32,000 nucleotides of DNA. Origin: Candidatus Saccharimonadota bacterium. Its GTDB lineage: Bacteria; Patescibacteriota; Patescibacteriia; 2-12-FULL-60-25. Below, piece by piece: positions 1 through 7,878 of the stretch; positions within the stretch are counted from its first letter, which is position 1, and each line of letters starts with the position of its first letter. A program made the position numbers and the translations under genes. The stretch is from contig CP064964.1 in the NCBI GenBank assembly GCA_016699205.1, forward strand, positions 870,001 to 902,000, in the 5' to 3' direction. The notes below the pieces were generated by a model that had not been told where the DNA came from, ran no database searches, and saw nothing but the letters and a program-made list of their open reading frames with translations.

Positions 1-105
1 ATCCGTTTGCAACCAGCCAATAAAACCATGCAGCCGATTTATTGTTACGATCCGTTAATTCAAGGCGTGGTACGTGCTGTTATCCGTTCGTACAGACAGG
101 TTTAG
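1..105 (+). CDS. C-terminal fragment of an S24-family (LexA/UmuD-like) peptidase/repressor; 5' end lies outside the window
   Basis: Frame 1 is open from base 1 to TAG 103-105 and reads IRLQPANKTMQPIYCYDPLIQGVVRAVIRSYRQV. This resembles the terminal beta-strands of LexA/UmuD-type proteins. It lies directly upstream of a Y-family polymerase gene. Confidence 0.45.
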   Translation: MRLQPANKTMQPIYCYDPLIQGVVRAVIRSYRQV

Positions 106-150
106 CCACTATCGAGCGTCCGGAGTCGCCAAAATCCAGGCAAGGACGAG

Positions 151-459
151 TTGCGTCGCGCAGCTCGTGATTTTGACGACTCCGGATCCTTGATCCATTC
201 ATTGTCGCCTATGTCTTATGAAGCCGTGCGCGAGCCTGTAGAAGTGCTCGTTGCATTCCGTCAAAATCGTCCAGAACCCATGATGTTTAAGTGGGGCAAA
301 CAGCATTATCAAGTGAAAGCCGTGAACTTGGTACACGCTGAGCGCGTTGGTCGTGAAAAAGTGTATTACTTTTCCGTGTCCGATGACGCGAATGCCTATC
401 GCCTATCGTTTCATACAGAATCTTTAGGCTGGCAGTTGGAAGAGATGTGCGTTCTATGA
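151..459 (+). CDS. hypothetical small protein between the S24 peptidase and dinB; start uncertain (TTG 151 or ATG 211)
   Basis: 102-codon ORF whose stop (TGA 457-459) is 9 nt before the dinB ATG, which suggests co-transcription. I recognise no motif. Confidence 0.5.
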   Translation: MRRAARDFDDSGSLIHSLSPMSYEAVREPVEVLVAFRQNRPEPMMFKWGKQHYQVKAVNLVHAERVGREKVYYFSVSDDANAYRLSFHTESLGWQLEEMCVL

Positions 460-468
460 TGAATCATT

Positions 469-1734
469 ATGCCCGAACGGATTATTATCCATGTCGACAT
501 GAATTCGTATTTTGCTTCTGTAGAACAGCAAGCGAATCCGTCTTTGCGTGGGCGTCCGGTCGGGGTATGTGCGTATTTGCATCCAGGTGGATGTATTATT
601 GCTGCTTCGGTTGAGGCAAAACAACGCGGCGTAAAGGTTGGAATGACGGTCGATCAAGCACGAGAAGTCTGTGCTCAGACGATTTTTGTACAGAATGATC
701 CGACAAAATATCGAGCCGTCACATCTCGTTTTTTTAAAATTCTTCACGACTTATCCGACACGATCGAACATTATTCTATTGATGAGGCTTTTGTAGATTT
801 AACCGGCTGGGTGCGTGATGAGGCTGAGGCGGCTTTTTTGGCGAGTCGAGTGAAATATCGCTTAACAACAGAGGTGGGCGATTGGCTCAGATGTTCTATT
901 GGGATTGCGCCTACGCGTTTTTTAGCCAAGTTTGCGTCTGAAAGAAAAAAACCGGATGGTCTGACATTTGTGAATGCATCCAACATTGACGACCATCTTT
1001 CGCGAGTGGATCTTGAGGATTTGTGCGGCATTGGCCCGCGGCTTCGTCGGCGTTTGCATCGATATGGAATACGGACGCCGCTTGAGCTGAAATATCATCC
1101 GATCGGAAATTTGATGCGTTTGCTTGGAAAGAATGGTTTTTATTGGTGGAGCCGTTTGCATGCTATGGAATGCGAGAAGCTGTCTTCTGGTGATACGCTT
1201 CCTAAATCCGTCGGGCATTCTTACTGCGTTCCTAATCGTGTTAATCGCGAAGGTAATGTCGAAGCTGTATTAACCAAGCTGACTGAGCGCGCAGGGCGAC
1301 GCTTGCGTGCTTATGGGCTTTTGGCTCAGAGTGTCTCTATTTCCGTCGGACTGCGATCAGGCGAGTATGTCGGTGATTGGGTACGGTTTGAAGAATCGGC
1401 AGATGATTCATTTTCTATTGTGCGTCAGGTATCACGTCTTCTGCATCGCGTGTGGCACGGTGAAGCGGTGAGTTTTTTAGCGGTGACCCTCGGCGAGCTT
1501 TCGCTGCCGGATGGTCAAATGCGCTTCGGAGATTTGCTTGAGCCGGCTCAGGGCGTTCATGATGCGCCTGGTTTGCGAGATCCTGGGATTTTACGGGTCT
1601 CTAAATCTGTTGATTTGATCCGGGATCGCTATGGAGATAGCTCTATTGTCTTTGGGCGGATGTTTCGTCTGGGTGATGAGGCTCCGGATCGTATTGGATT
1701 CCGTAAGATTGTCGGCGCGGGATATGAGAGGTAA
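469..1734 (+). CDS. dinB: DNA polymerase IV (Y-family translesion polymerase)
   Basis: N-terminus IIHVDMNSYFASVEQ...RGRPVGV and SIDEAFLDLT-like SIDEAFVDLTG are the canonical Y-family catalytic motifs. 421 aa. Confidence 0.95.
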   Translation: MPERIIIHVDMNSYFASVEQQANPSLRGRPVGVCAYLHPGGCIIAASVEAKQRGVKVGMTVDQAREVCAQTIFVQNDPTKYRAVTSRFFKILHDLSDTIEHYSIDEAFVDLTGWVRDEAEAAFLASRVKYRLTTEVGDWLRCSIGIAPTRFLAKFASERKKPDGLTFVNASNIDDHLSRVDLEDLCGIGPRLRRRLHRYGIRTPLELKYHPIGNLMRLLGKNGFYWWSRLHAMECEKLSSGDTLPKSVGHSYCVPNRVNREGNVEAVLTKLTERAGRRLRAYGLLAQSVSISVGLRSGEYVGDWVRFEESADDSFSIVRQVSRLLHRVWHGEAVSFLAVTLGELSLPDGQMRFGDLLEPAQGVHDAPGLRDPGILRVSKSVDLIRDRYGDSSIVFGRMFRLGDEAPDRIGFRKIVGAGYER

Positions 1735-1743
1735 GATCGCTTT

Positions 1744-2025
1744 ATGCCTATTTGGAGGATCTATGTTTTTGTTCTCGTTGTGATTGCCATGGGGGTTAGT
1801 TTTGTTTATTTACGGCTTAATAATTCATCGATTCCCATTGAGGAGCCTGTGGAGGTTGTTATTGAGCGTACGGTAATCACTGAGGCCGAAATTGTAGAAA
1901 GAACCAATCCGGCTTTTTATCGAGGGGTGAAGAATGGCGATGTGGTTCTGCGTTATCAGAATCGTCTTGAACTTTATCGACCGGATGAGAAGCGGGTTAT
2001 TCAGAGTGTTCCGCTCAACAGGTGA
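1744..2025 (+). CDS. small single-pass membrane protein, unknown function
   Basis: Hydrophobic N-terminus IYVFVLVVIAMGVSFVYL. Stop TGA 2023-2025 is 1 nt before the next ATG (2027). Confidence 0.55.
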   Translation: MPIWRIYVFVLVVIAMGVSFVYLRLNNSSIPIEEPVEVVIERTVITEAEIVERTNPAFYRGVKNGDVVLRYQNRLELYRPDEKRVIQSVPLNR

Positions 2026-2026
2026 T

Positions 2027-3271
2027 ATGCGCGTGATTACGGATTTTCATCTCCACTCCAAATGGTCGCGGGCTTGTTCCAAGGATCTGACTTTGCCGAA
2101 TATCGCGCATACGTGCGAACGGAAAGGTATCGATTTTGTCGGAACTTCTGATTTTACGCATCCAGCTTGGCGGCAAGAGATTGTTCGGGATTTGGTCGAT
2201 GATGGCGGCGGTACGTTTCGATTGCAGGATGGATCGTCCAAGACGCGTTTTCTTCTTTCAACGGAACTCTCCTGTATTTACAAACGGGGCGGGAAAGTCC
2301 GCCGTGTACATTTGTGTATTTTGTGTTCCTCGCTAGAAGGCGTTGATCGGTTTACGAAAGCGCTTGTTAATCGCGGATGCAACTTAAAAGCCGATGGCAG
2401 GCCTATTCTTGGTATTGATTCGGAAGAACTGTTGAAGATGCTTTTGGATGCTGATCCTGGCGCCTTGATGATTCCGGCGCATGCTTGGACTCCTTGGTTT
2501 GCGGTTTTTGGTTCCCAATCCGGATTTGATTCGCTTGAAGAATGTTTTGGCGAGATGACGCCTCATATCCATGCGATCGAGACGGGTCTCTCTTCTGATC
2601 CAAAGATGAATTGGCGTTTGCCTTCACTTGATCAAGTATTTTTGGTTTCAAATTCCGATGCGCATTCACTTGATAAGCTCGGACGCGAGGCAAATGTTTT
2701 TGAGATGAAGGAGCCGAGCTTTGCGGAGCTGCGTCGTATCTTGGTAGAGAAAGATGTGAAGAAATTTATCGAGACGATTGAATTTTTTCCTGAAGAGGGG
2801 AAATACCATGTGGACGGACATCGTCTTTGCGATTTCTCTTGCACGCCGCAAGAAACAAAACGCTTGAAAGGCTTGTGTCCAAAATGTGGAAAGCCGCTTA
2901 CGGTCGGTGTGTTACATCGTATCGATGATTTGGCGGAGCGGGCAGAAGGCGAGCGCGGGAAACTAGCTGTGCCATTCCGCTCGATTGTTCCGCTCGCAGA
3001 ATTAATCGGTAGCGTTCTGGATGTTGGACCATCTTCAAAGAAAGTTGCGAGAGAGGTTGAGCGATTGGTGAAGGATGGGCGAACGGAGTTTGGCGTTTTG
3101 CTTGATGAGCCAGCCCAAGTGCTATCGCAGCATGTATCACCGGAAATCGTTGAGGCTATTTTGCATATGCGTAAAGGGGAGATGGATATTAGGCCTGGTT
3201 TTGATGGGGAATATGGCGTGATCCGTGTCGCGCAAGATACGCCCAAGCAAAAACAGCAGAATCTTTTGTAA
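2027..3271 (+). CDS. PHP-domain nuclease, EndoQ-like (TIGR00375-type)
   Basis: MRVITDFHLHSKWSRA...GIDFVGTSDFTHPAW is the PHP-type metal site as in endonuclease Q. Cys cluster CTPQETKRLKGLCPKCGKPLTVGVLHRIDDLA is the Zn-finger region. True start is taken at ATG 2027; the track ORF from 1934 overlaps the previous gene. Confidence 0.75.
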   Translation: MRVITDFHLHSKWSRACSKDLTLPNIAHTCERKGIDFVGTSDFTHPAWRQEIVRDLVDDGGGTFRLQDGSSKTRFLLSTELSCIYKRGGKVRRVHLCILCSSLEGVDRFTKALVNRGCNLKADGRPILGIDSEELLKMLLDADPGALMIPAHAWTPWFAVFGSQSGFDSLEECFGEMTPHIHAIETGLSSDPKMNWRLPSLDQVFLVSNSDAHSLDKLGREANVFEMKEPSFAELRRILVEKDVKKFIETIEFFPEEGKYHVDGHRLCDFSCTPQETKRLKGLCPKCGKPLTVGVLHRIDDLAERAEGERGKLAVPFRSIVPLAELIGSVLDVGPSSKKVAREVERLVKDGRTEFGVLLDEPAQVLSQHVSPEIVEAILHMRKGEMDIRPGFDGEYGVIRVAQDTPKQKQQNLL

Positions 3272-3275
3272 TGAA

Positions 3276-3302
3276 AATCCCTCAGCGTATCGCTGAGGGA
3301 TT
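3276..3302. terminator. bidirectional stem-loop between convergent genes
   Basis: Perfect 12-bp inverted repeat aatccctcagcg / cgctgagggatt with a 3-nt loop. It lies between the EndoQ-like stop (3271) and the small basic ORF stop (3326). Confidence 0.7.
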
Positions 3303-3325
3303 CTCCTCCGTTCGGAAAAGTGTGA

Positions 3326-3433
3326 CTATGCACGCTTCTTCGACTTCTTCGCGGCCTTGCGCTTCGGCGCGGCCTTACGCTTGGTCGTCTTTTTTACGGC
3401 CTTGCGCTTTGTTGCTTTCTTTTTTGCTGCCAT
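3326..3433 (-). CDS. 35-aa highly basic Lys/Ala-rich protein (histone H1-like / nucleoid- or ribosome-associated?)
   Basis: Below the ORF-track size cutoff. ATG 3433 to TAG 3326 gives MAAKKKATKRKAVKKTTKRKAAPKRKAAKKSKKRA. AAGGAG lies 9 nt upstream of the ATG, there is an extended -10 further upstream, and the terminator hairpin lies downstream. Confidence 0.55.
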   Translation of the reverse strand: MAAKKKATKRKAVKKTTKRKAAPKRKAAKKSKKRA

Positions 3434-3529
3434 GTTTATCAGCTCCTTTCTTGTTTCACCGTCGGATTTAATTTCCAATCGGTGCTCGTGTTACGCGTCT
3501 AAAAAGATCACGTTAACGATAGCACTAAA

Positions 3530-3538
3530 AGTATAACA
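3530..3538 (-). promoter_or_regulatory. extended -10 promoter element (TGTTATACT) for the small basic ORF
   Basis: The minus strand reads tgttatact. This matches the TGnTAxxxT pattern seen upstream of several other genes in this window. Confidence 0.35.
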
Positions 3539-3558
3539 CAGATTTTCTATTTTGTGTG

Positions 3559-4182
3559 TCAAGAAGCAGATGTGGATAGTCGATGTGCGAACATTGTGAC
3601 GCCGCTGATCGTGATTGGAACTTTTTCAAAGCGGAATTTTTTATTCTTTACCAACTTGCGCGCAGCACTCGTTAAAAGAATTTCTCCGCGCTCCGCAACA
3701 TCTTCTCCAAGTTTGGAAGCAAGATTCAATTCATTGCCGTACATGTCTTCACAGAACAATAACACTGGTCCATGACCGATGCCGATGGAAACGTGTACAT
3801 CGCTCATATCGTCCGTCATCAAGTTAGCGATTTCCAAATCGTGATGGATTTGTTCGGATGCAAGCAGGGCTTTTTCCGGTGTTGGGAAAACGGCAAAGCA
3901 GTTATCGGCCTCGAATTTAATCACGATGCCGTCATATCTGCTTACGATCGGTCTAACGATACGTAGCATGCGCTGGATCATGGCGAGGTAGTGGATGATG
4001 CCATAGCGCTGGACGGTCTTGGAGAAGCCGGACATGTCTAAAATAAAGATCGTGCGGAGCTGTTTAAAGCTCTTTTTGATCTTGGCGTCCAGCTTTTTGG
4101 TGTGCTCTGGATGTTCAATGCGCTCGTCGAGCAAAGCGTGTAAAAGCTCGCAAGAAGGCAGGGTTTTGGCTTTTTTAGGCAT
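3559..4182 (-). CDS. stand-alone class III nucleotidyl (adenylate/guanylate) cyclase catalytic domain protein
   Basis: FILDMSGFS (metal Asp), KFEADNCFAVF, SIGIGHGPV and GNELNLASKLGE follow the class III cyclase motif order. 207 aa with no sensor domain. Confidence 0.7.
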   Translation of the reverse strand: MPKKAKTLPSCELLHALLDERIEHPEHTKKLDAKIKKSFKQLRTIFILDMSGFSKTVQRYGIIHYLAMIQRMLRIVRPIVSRYDGIVIKFEADNCFAVFPTPEKALLASEQIHHDLEIANLMTDDMSDVHVSIGIGHGPVLLFCEDMYGNELNLASKLGEDVAERGEILLTSAARKLVKNKKFRFEKVPITISGVTMFAHRLSTSAS

Positions 4183-4342
4183 ACGCGACCATCTTGACAG
4201 TTAGCCAAAATCTTGTCATGCTGTGGATGGATATCAACGTGCGAAGGTCCGTCCTATGGTCGGGGAAGTGGTCGCGCAGACGTGAATCCGTATTCATTCG
4301 TTAACGCACGGTCGTGTCTCTTACAGGATACGACTAACCCAC

Positions 4343-4612
4343 ATGCCCACGAAATTGTTCGTCGGAGGCATCCCGTACCGCACGTCGGACGAGGAGCTTC
4401 GACAGCATTTCTCCCAGGCTGGTGAGGTGCTCTCCGTTTACATCCCGATGGATCGTGAAACGCAGCGCCCGCGTGGTTTCGCCTTCGTTGAGATGGCGGA
4501 AGACGCCGCTGCCGACAACGCAATCTCCATGTTTGATGGTACGGACATGGGCGGTCGCCGCATTGCGGTGAACAAGGCCCGTCCGATGGAAGCCCGCGCC
4601 CCTCGCGCCTAA
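4343..4612 (+). CDS. RRM-type RNA-binding protein
   Basis: RNP-2 KLFVGGI and RNP-1 RGFAFVEM. 89 aa, typical of bacterial Rbp proteins. Confidence 0.9.
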   Translation: MPTKLFVGGIPYRTSDEELRQHFSQAGEVLSVYIPMDRETQRPRGFAFVEMAEDAAADNAISMFDGTDMGGRRIAVNKARPMEARAPRA

Positions 4613-4629
4613 TCGCGCACGGAGAAAAC

Positions 4630-4659
4630 AAAAATCCATCCTTCACCGGATGGATTTTT
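4630..4659. terminator. bidirectional intrinsic terminator
   Basis: aaaaatccatcc / ggatggattttt is a 12-bp stem with loop ttcacc, flanked by an A-run and a T-run. It lies between the convergent rbp and gatB genes. Confidence 0.75.
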
Positions 4660-4663
4660 GTTT

Positions 4664-6199
4664 CTAGACTCCGATTTGTTTCTTGATTTCCGTTTCCGCG
4701 GCTTCCGGATTTGCGCGGCCTTCTGTTGATTTCATCACGACACCGACAAACCATTTTACGAGCGGAAGTTTTCCGGCTTTGATCTCGGCAACTTTTTCCG
4801 GATTCTGTGCTACGAGATCGGTGATGAGTTTTGCGAGTGCCTCCGGATCGTTCATTTGACCGAGATGATGCTCTTCCATGATTTGTGACGGATCGGCTCC
4901 GGTGTCGACCATGAGTTGAAGTAATTTTTGTGCATTGGCGGAATTGATTTTTCCGGATTCGATCAAGTGGAGGAATTCGGCAAAGTTTTCCGGGGTGATA
5001 TTTGCTTGAGTGATCGATTTTCCATGGGCGGAAAGAATGCCGGCGAGTTTGCTGCTCAGCCATCCGGAGACGAGTTTAGCGTATTTTGTTTTGTGATTTG
5101 CGAGTAGCTCGCCGCCGCTGACATCGTTTCTTTGGTCTGAAGATTCAAGCCAACCGCCAAGCTCTCCGAGGGTTGCTTCAGCAAAATCTGCCCAGCCTTC
5201 ATTTGCAACGAGGACGCGCGCGTCTTCCGAGGCAAAACTCCATTCTTCCATCAATCTTGTGCGGCGTGCGGCCGGGAGTTCTGGTAGGCGTGATTTTTCC
5301 TGTTCGCGTACCGCTTTCAAGTCGAGCGGACGCAGATCCGGTTCCGGGAAATAGCGATAGTCGGCAAAGGTTTCTTTGAGACGCTGCTCAAACGTAACGT
5401 TTTTGTTCTCATCAAAGCCGCGCGTTGCGCCTTGTGGCACGCCGCCGGAGTTGTAGACTTCAAGCTGACGCTCAATCTCATACGTAAGCGCACGCTCGAC
5501 GGAACGGAATGAGTTCAAGTTCTTGATTTCAATTTTTGGGTTGTAGCCGGCTTTGAGCGGTTTATTGTCGTCATCGACTTCAAGAAGCGAGACGTTGGCG
5601 TCGCAGCGCATGAAGCCTTTTTCCATGTCGGCATCGGATGCGCCTACGGCACGGAGAACGGCTTGAAGTTCCTGCAAGAATGCACGAGCTTCATTTGGCG
5701 TGCGGATATCCGGCTCTGTGACGATTTCAAGCAATGGCTGACCGGCGCGGTTGAAATCGACGAGCGTGGCGTTGCTGGCACCATCGTGAATGTTTTTTGC
5801 GGCGTCTTCTTCCAGGTGGGCGCGAGTGATTCCGACGCGGATACGATCGCGCGGAGGAACGTTGCCGGGAACTTCTACATCAAAATAGCCCTCGATGCAG
5901 ATCGGATGATCAAATTGGGAGATTTGGTAGCCTTTTGGCAGGTCGGGATAGAAATAGTTTTTGCGGTCAAAGTGAGCTTCATCCGGAATACGGCAGCCAA
6001 GCGCGAGGCCTGTGCGTACGCCTAAGCGAACCGCTTCCATGTTGACGGCCGGTAGAGCTCCGGGTTGGCCAGTACAAACATGGCAAATCGCCGTATTTGG
6101 CGGTTCGCTGTCGTCGACGTTTGCGCAGCCGCAAAACATCTTGCTTTTGGTTTTGAGTCGGACGTGGATTTCCAGGCCGATAATCGGAAGCAGGCGCAT
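4664..6199 (-). CDS. gatB: Asp-tRNA(Asn)/Glu-tRNA(Gln) amidotransferase subunit B
   Basis: IGLEIHVRLKTKSKMFCGC..., FDRKNYFYPDLPKGYQISQ and the C-terminal YqeY-like tail. 511 aa. Confidence 0.95.
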   Translation of the reverse strand: MRLLPIIGLEIHVRLKTKSKMFCGCANVDDSEPPNTAICHVCTGQPGALPAVNMEAVRLGVRTGLALGCRIPDEAHFDRKNYFYPDLPKGYQISQFDHPICIEGYFDVEVPGNVPPRDRIRVGITRAHLEEDAAKNIHDGASNATLVDFNRAGQPLLEIVTEPDIRTPNEARAFLQELQAVLRAVGASDADMEKGFMRCDANVSLLEVDDDNKPLKAGYNPKIEIKNLNSFRSVERALTYEIERQLEVYNSGGVPQGATRGFDENKNVTFEQRLKETFADYRYFPEPDLRPLDLKAVREQEKSRLPELPAARRTRLMEEWSFASEDARVLVANEGWADFAEATLGELGGWLESSDQRNDVSGGELLANHKTKYAKLVSGWLSSKLAGILSAHGKSITQANITPENFAEFLHLIESGKINSANAQKLLQLMVDTGADPSQIMEEHHLGQMNDPEALAKLITDLVAQNPEKVAEIKAGKLPLVKWFVGVVMKSTEGRANPEAAETEIKKQIGV

Positions 6200-6217
6200 A
6201 CCATCACACCCTACGCC

Positions 6218-6973
6218 TTAGCGCGTCTTTTTCAAGGAGTGATAAATCTTCACTTGGTAGATGATTCCAAGAGGAAGGAAAATCGCTTGAACGATGCCGG
6301 AAAGGACTCCCTGCAAACCGTCCGTAAGCGAAACTTGGAGGCCCATCGATGAGCTGTTGGCGGCCAAGGCTAGCGACTTATCAAAGCCGACAAAGAGGCC
6401 GATGATCATCACGAGGAGGAACATGGAGAGCATCATCAATAATCCGACCATGAAGCCGCTGATAAGCGTGCGGCCAAAGGTCTGCCACCAGCGTCCTTTT
6501 ACGAGTTCATGCGAGACGGCTAGAGCCTGAGTCCCGCGAGCGCCGCCATCCAAAAGAATAATCGGGGCAAAAGCAAAAGCGATGCTCATCCAGATGCCTG
6601 GTAAAACAAAAGCGATTAAGCCGCCAGCGACCGCAAGCGAGCGCAGCACCATGATCCAGATAAAAGGCCAGAAAAGTGCGCGGCCGCGGGTGTCATCGTT
6701 TTTTGCTTTGAGATCGCCTGTATCGCGTTTGCGAACAACATCGGTCAAGACAATGGTTGTGTGCGCGATGATAGCGGTGCCAGCCAAGACGGCGATCAAG
6801 CGTAAAACCATGGCTCCTCCCGGCGGCAGCGGGCTCGAGAGCAGGGTGGCGATGAAGCCGAGGAGCGAGGCTCCTAGGAAGCGAATCGACAATTCCAAGT
6901 TTGGTTTCCAATCACGAATGAATTGGTCCCAACCCGAGCCTAGAAGTTCGCCGTATGGAAGGAGCGGTTTCAT
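6218..6973 (-). CDS. polytopic membrane protein, paralog of the next gene
   Basis: Multiple hydrophobic segments. Shares SWxxxxxxWKP near the N-terminus, LVKGRWW in the middle and IYxSL at the C-terminus with ORF 6980-7777. Confidence 0.65.
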   Translation of the reverse strand: MKPLLPYGELLGSGWDQFIRDWKPNLELSIRFLGASLLGFIATLLSSPLPPGGAMVLRLIAVLAGTAIIAHTTIVLTDVVRKRDTGDLKAKNDDTRGRALFWPFIWIMVLRSLAVAGGLIAFVLPGIWMSIAFAFAPIILLDGGARGTQALAVSHELVKGRWWQTFGRTLISGFMVGLLMMLSMFLLVMIIGLFVGFDKSLALAANSSSMGLQVSLTDGLQGVLSGIVQAIFLPLGIIYQVKIYHSLKKTR

Positions 6974-6979
6974 AGGATG

Positions 6980-7777
6980 TTATTTTGAAGCGGTTTCGGA
7001 CAACGATTTGTAGATGTTTACGAAGACCGATGTTTGCGCAAGCGTGAGCAAGATATTGGCGATGATGGCGACGGCAATGAAGACAAGAAGACCGATCGGT
7101 AATCCGATCATGGCGATTGGGCCAAGCGCAGCCAAAGCCTGTGATTGATCGGCGCCTTGTTCAAGGGCGTAGATGAAGGCGCTGATCGGGACGCTGGCGA
7201 TCGCGATGAACGCAACCATGATGATTCCGAAGATTACCGACACGCCGATTCCGTAGACAATGTTTGGCACAACAAAACGCACCAAGGTTGCCCACCAGCG
7301 TCCTTTGACCAGAGCATACGAAGCTTTTAATGCCGCCCAGCCTTTTGTACCTTCATTCAGATAAATCGGAACGGCCATGCTGAACATGAGCGAGAGCCAG
7401 ATACCTGGAATGATGAAAAGCAAGAATGCTGGAATAAGCAGGAGGCCCATAATCAAACCAATCAAAGCCAGAGAAAGAACATCCTGAACGGAAACGTTTA
7501 CTTCTTTTTTTGGACTGAGGAAATATTTGAAAAGACCAGCCATGAAATAGAGCGATGCGGCCCAGACGAGAATCGGGCTAAGCGTCTGGTAAGCGACATT
7601 CTGTGATAACTCCGGTATCGCGATCATCGGCAAAGCAAAAGCGATGTTGATGAGCAGGGGAACAAAGACCATTCCGAGCGTCCAGCCGAGCGTCGGCTTC
7701 CATTCTTTAAACATCGCGTTCCAGGAATCAGCGAGGAGCTTATCGATTCCAATCAGGGGTTGGTTCATATGGCTCAT
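6980..7777 (-). CDS. polytopic membrane protein, paralog of the previous gene (start possibly ATG 7768)
   Basis: Same architecture and motifs (SWNAMFKEWKP, LVKGRWWATLVR, IYKSL). 6-nt gap to the downstream paralog. Confidence 0.65.
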   Translation of the reverse strand: MSHMNQPLIGIDKLLADSWNAMFKEWKPTLGWTLGMVFVPLLINIAFALPMIAIPELSQNVAYQTLSPILVWAASLYFMAGLFKYFLSPKKEVNVSVQDVLSLALIGLIMGLLLIPAFLLFIIPGIWLSLMFSMAVPIYLNEGTKGWAALKASYALVKGRWWATLVRFVVPNIVYGIGVSVIFGIIMVAFIAIASVPISAFIYALEQGADQSQALAALGPIAMIGLPIGLLVFIAVAIIANILLTLAQTSVFVNIYKSLSETASK

Positions 7778-7878
7778 AGGATAGCGAAAAACCTCGCTGA
7801 CGGGAAGCGTTCCCTAATTCGTATTGACTTCCGGCCTTCCACTCGCGACCATACGGTCACTTACCCCCACCTTTTCCT

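Noticed and set aside
2632-3333. 233-aa ORF antisense to the EndoQ-like gene
   Set aside because: It is a shadow ORF. The plus-strand product has clear PHP and Zn-finger motifs, while this one has none.
3271-3471. 66-aa plus-strand ORF in the track
   Set aside because: It is the mirror image of the minus-strand 35-aa Lys-rich ORF, which has the SD, promoter and terminator. The plus-strand frame runs straight through the terminator hairpin.
3326-4182. Possible Pycsar/CBASS-like cyclase-effector defence pair
   Set aside because: The cyclase has no adjacent effector with a cNMP-binding, TM, TIR or nuclease domain. The only same-strand neighbour is a 35-aa basic peptide with its own promoter-like element.
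4254-5063. 269-aa Arg/Ser-rich minus-strand ORF spanning the gatB 3' end and the rbp gene
   Set aside because: It runs out of frame through gatB, across a bidirectional terminator and antisense through rbp. Its composition is characteristic of a wrong-frame translation.
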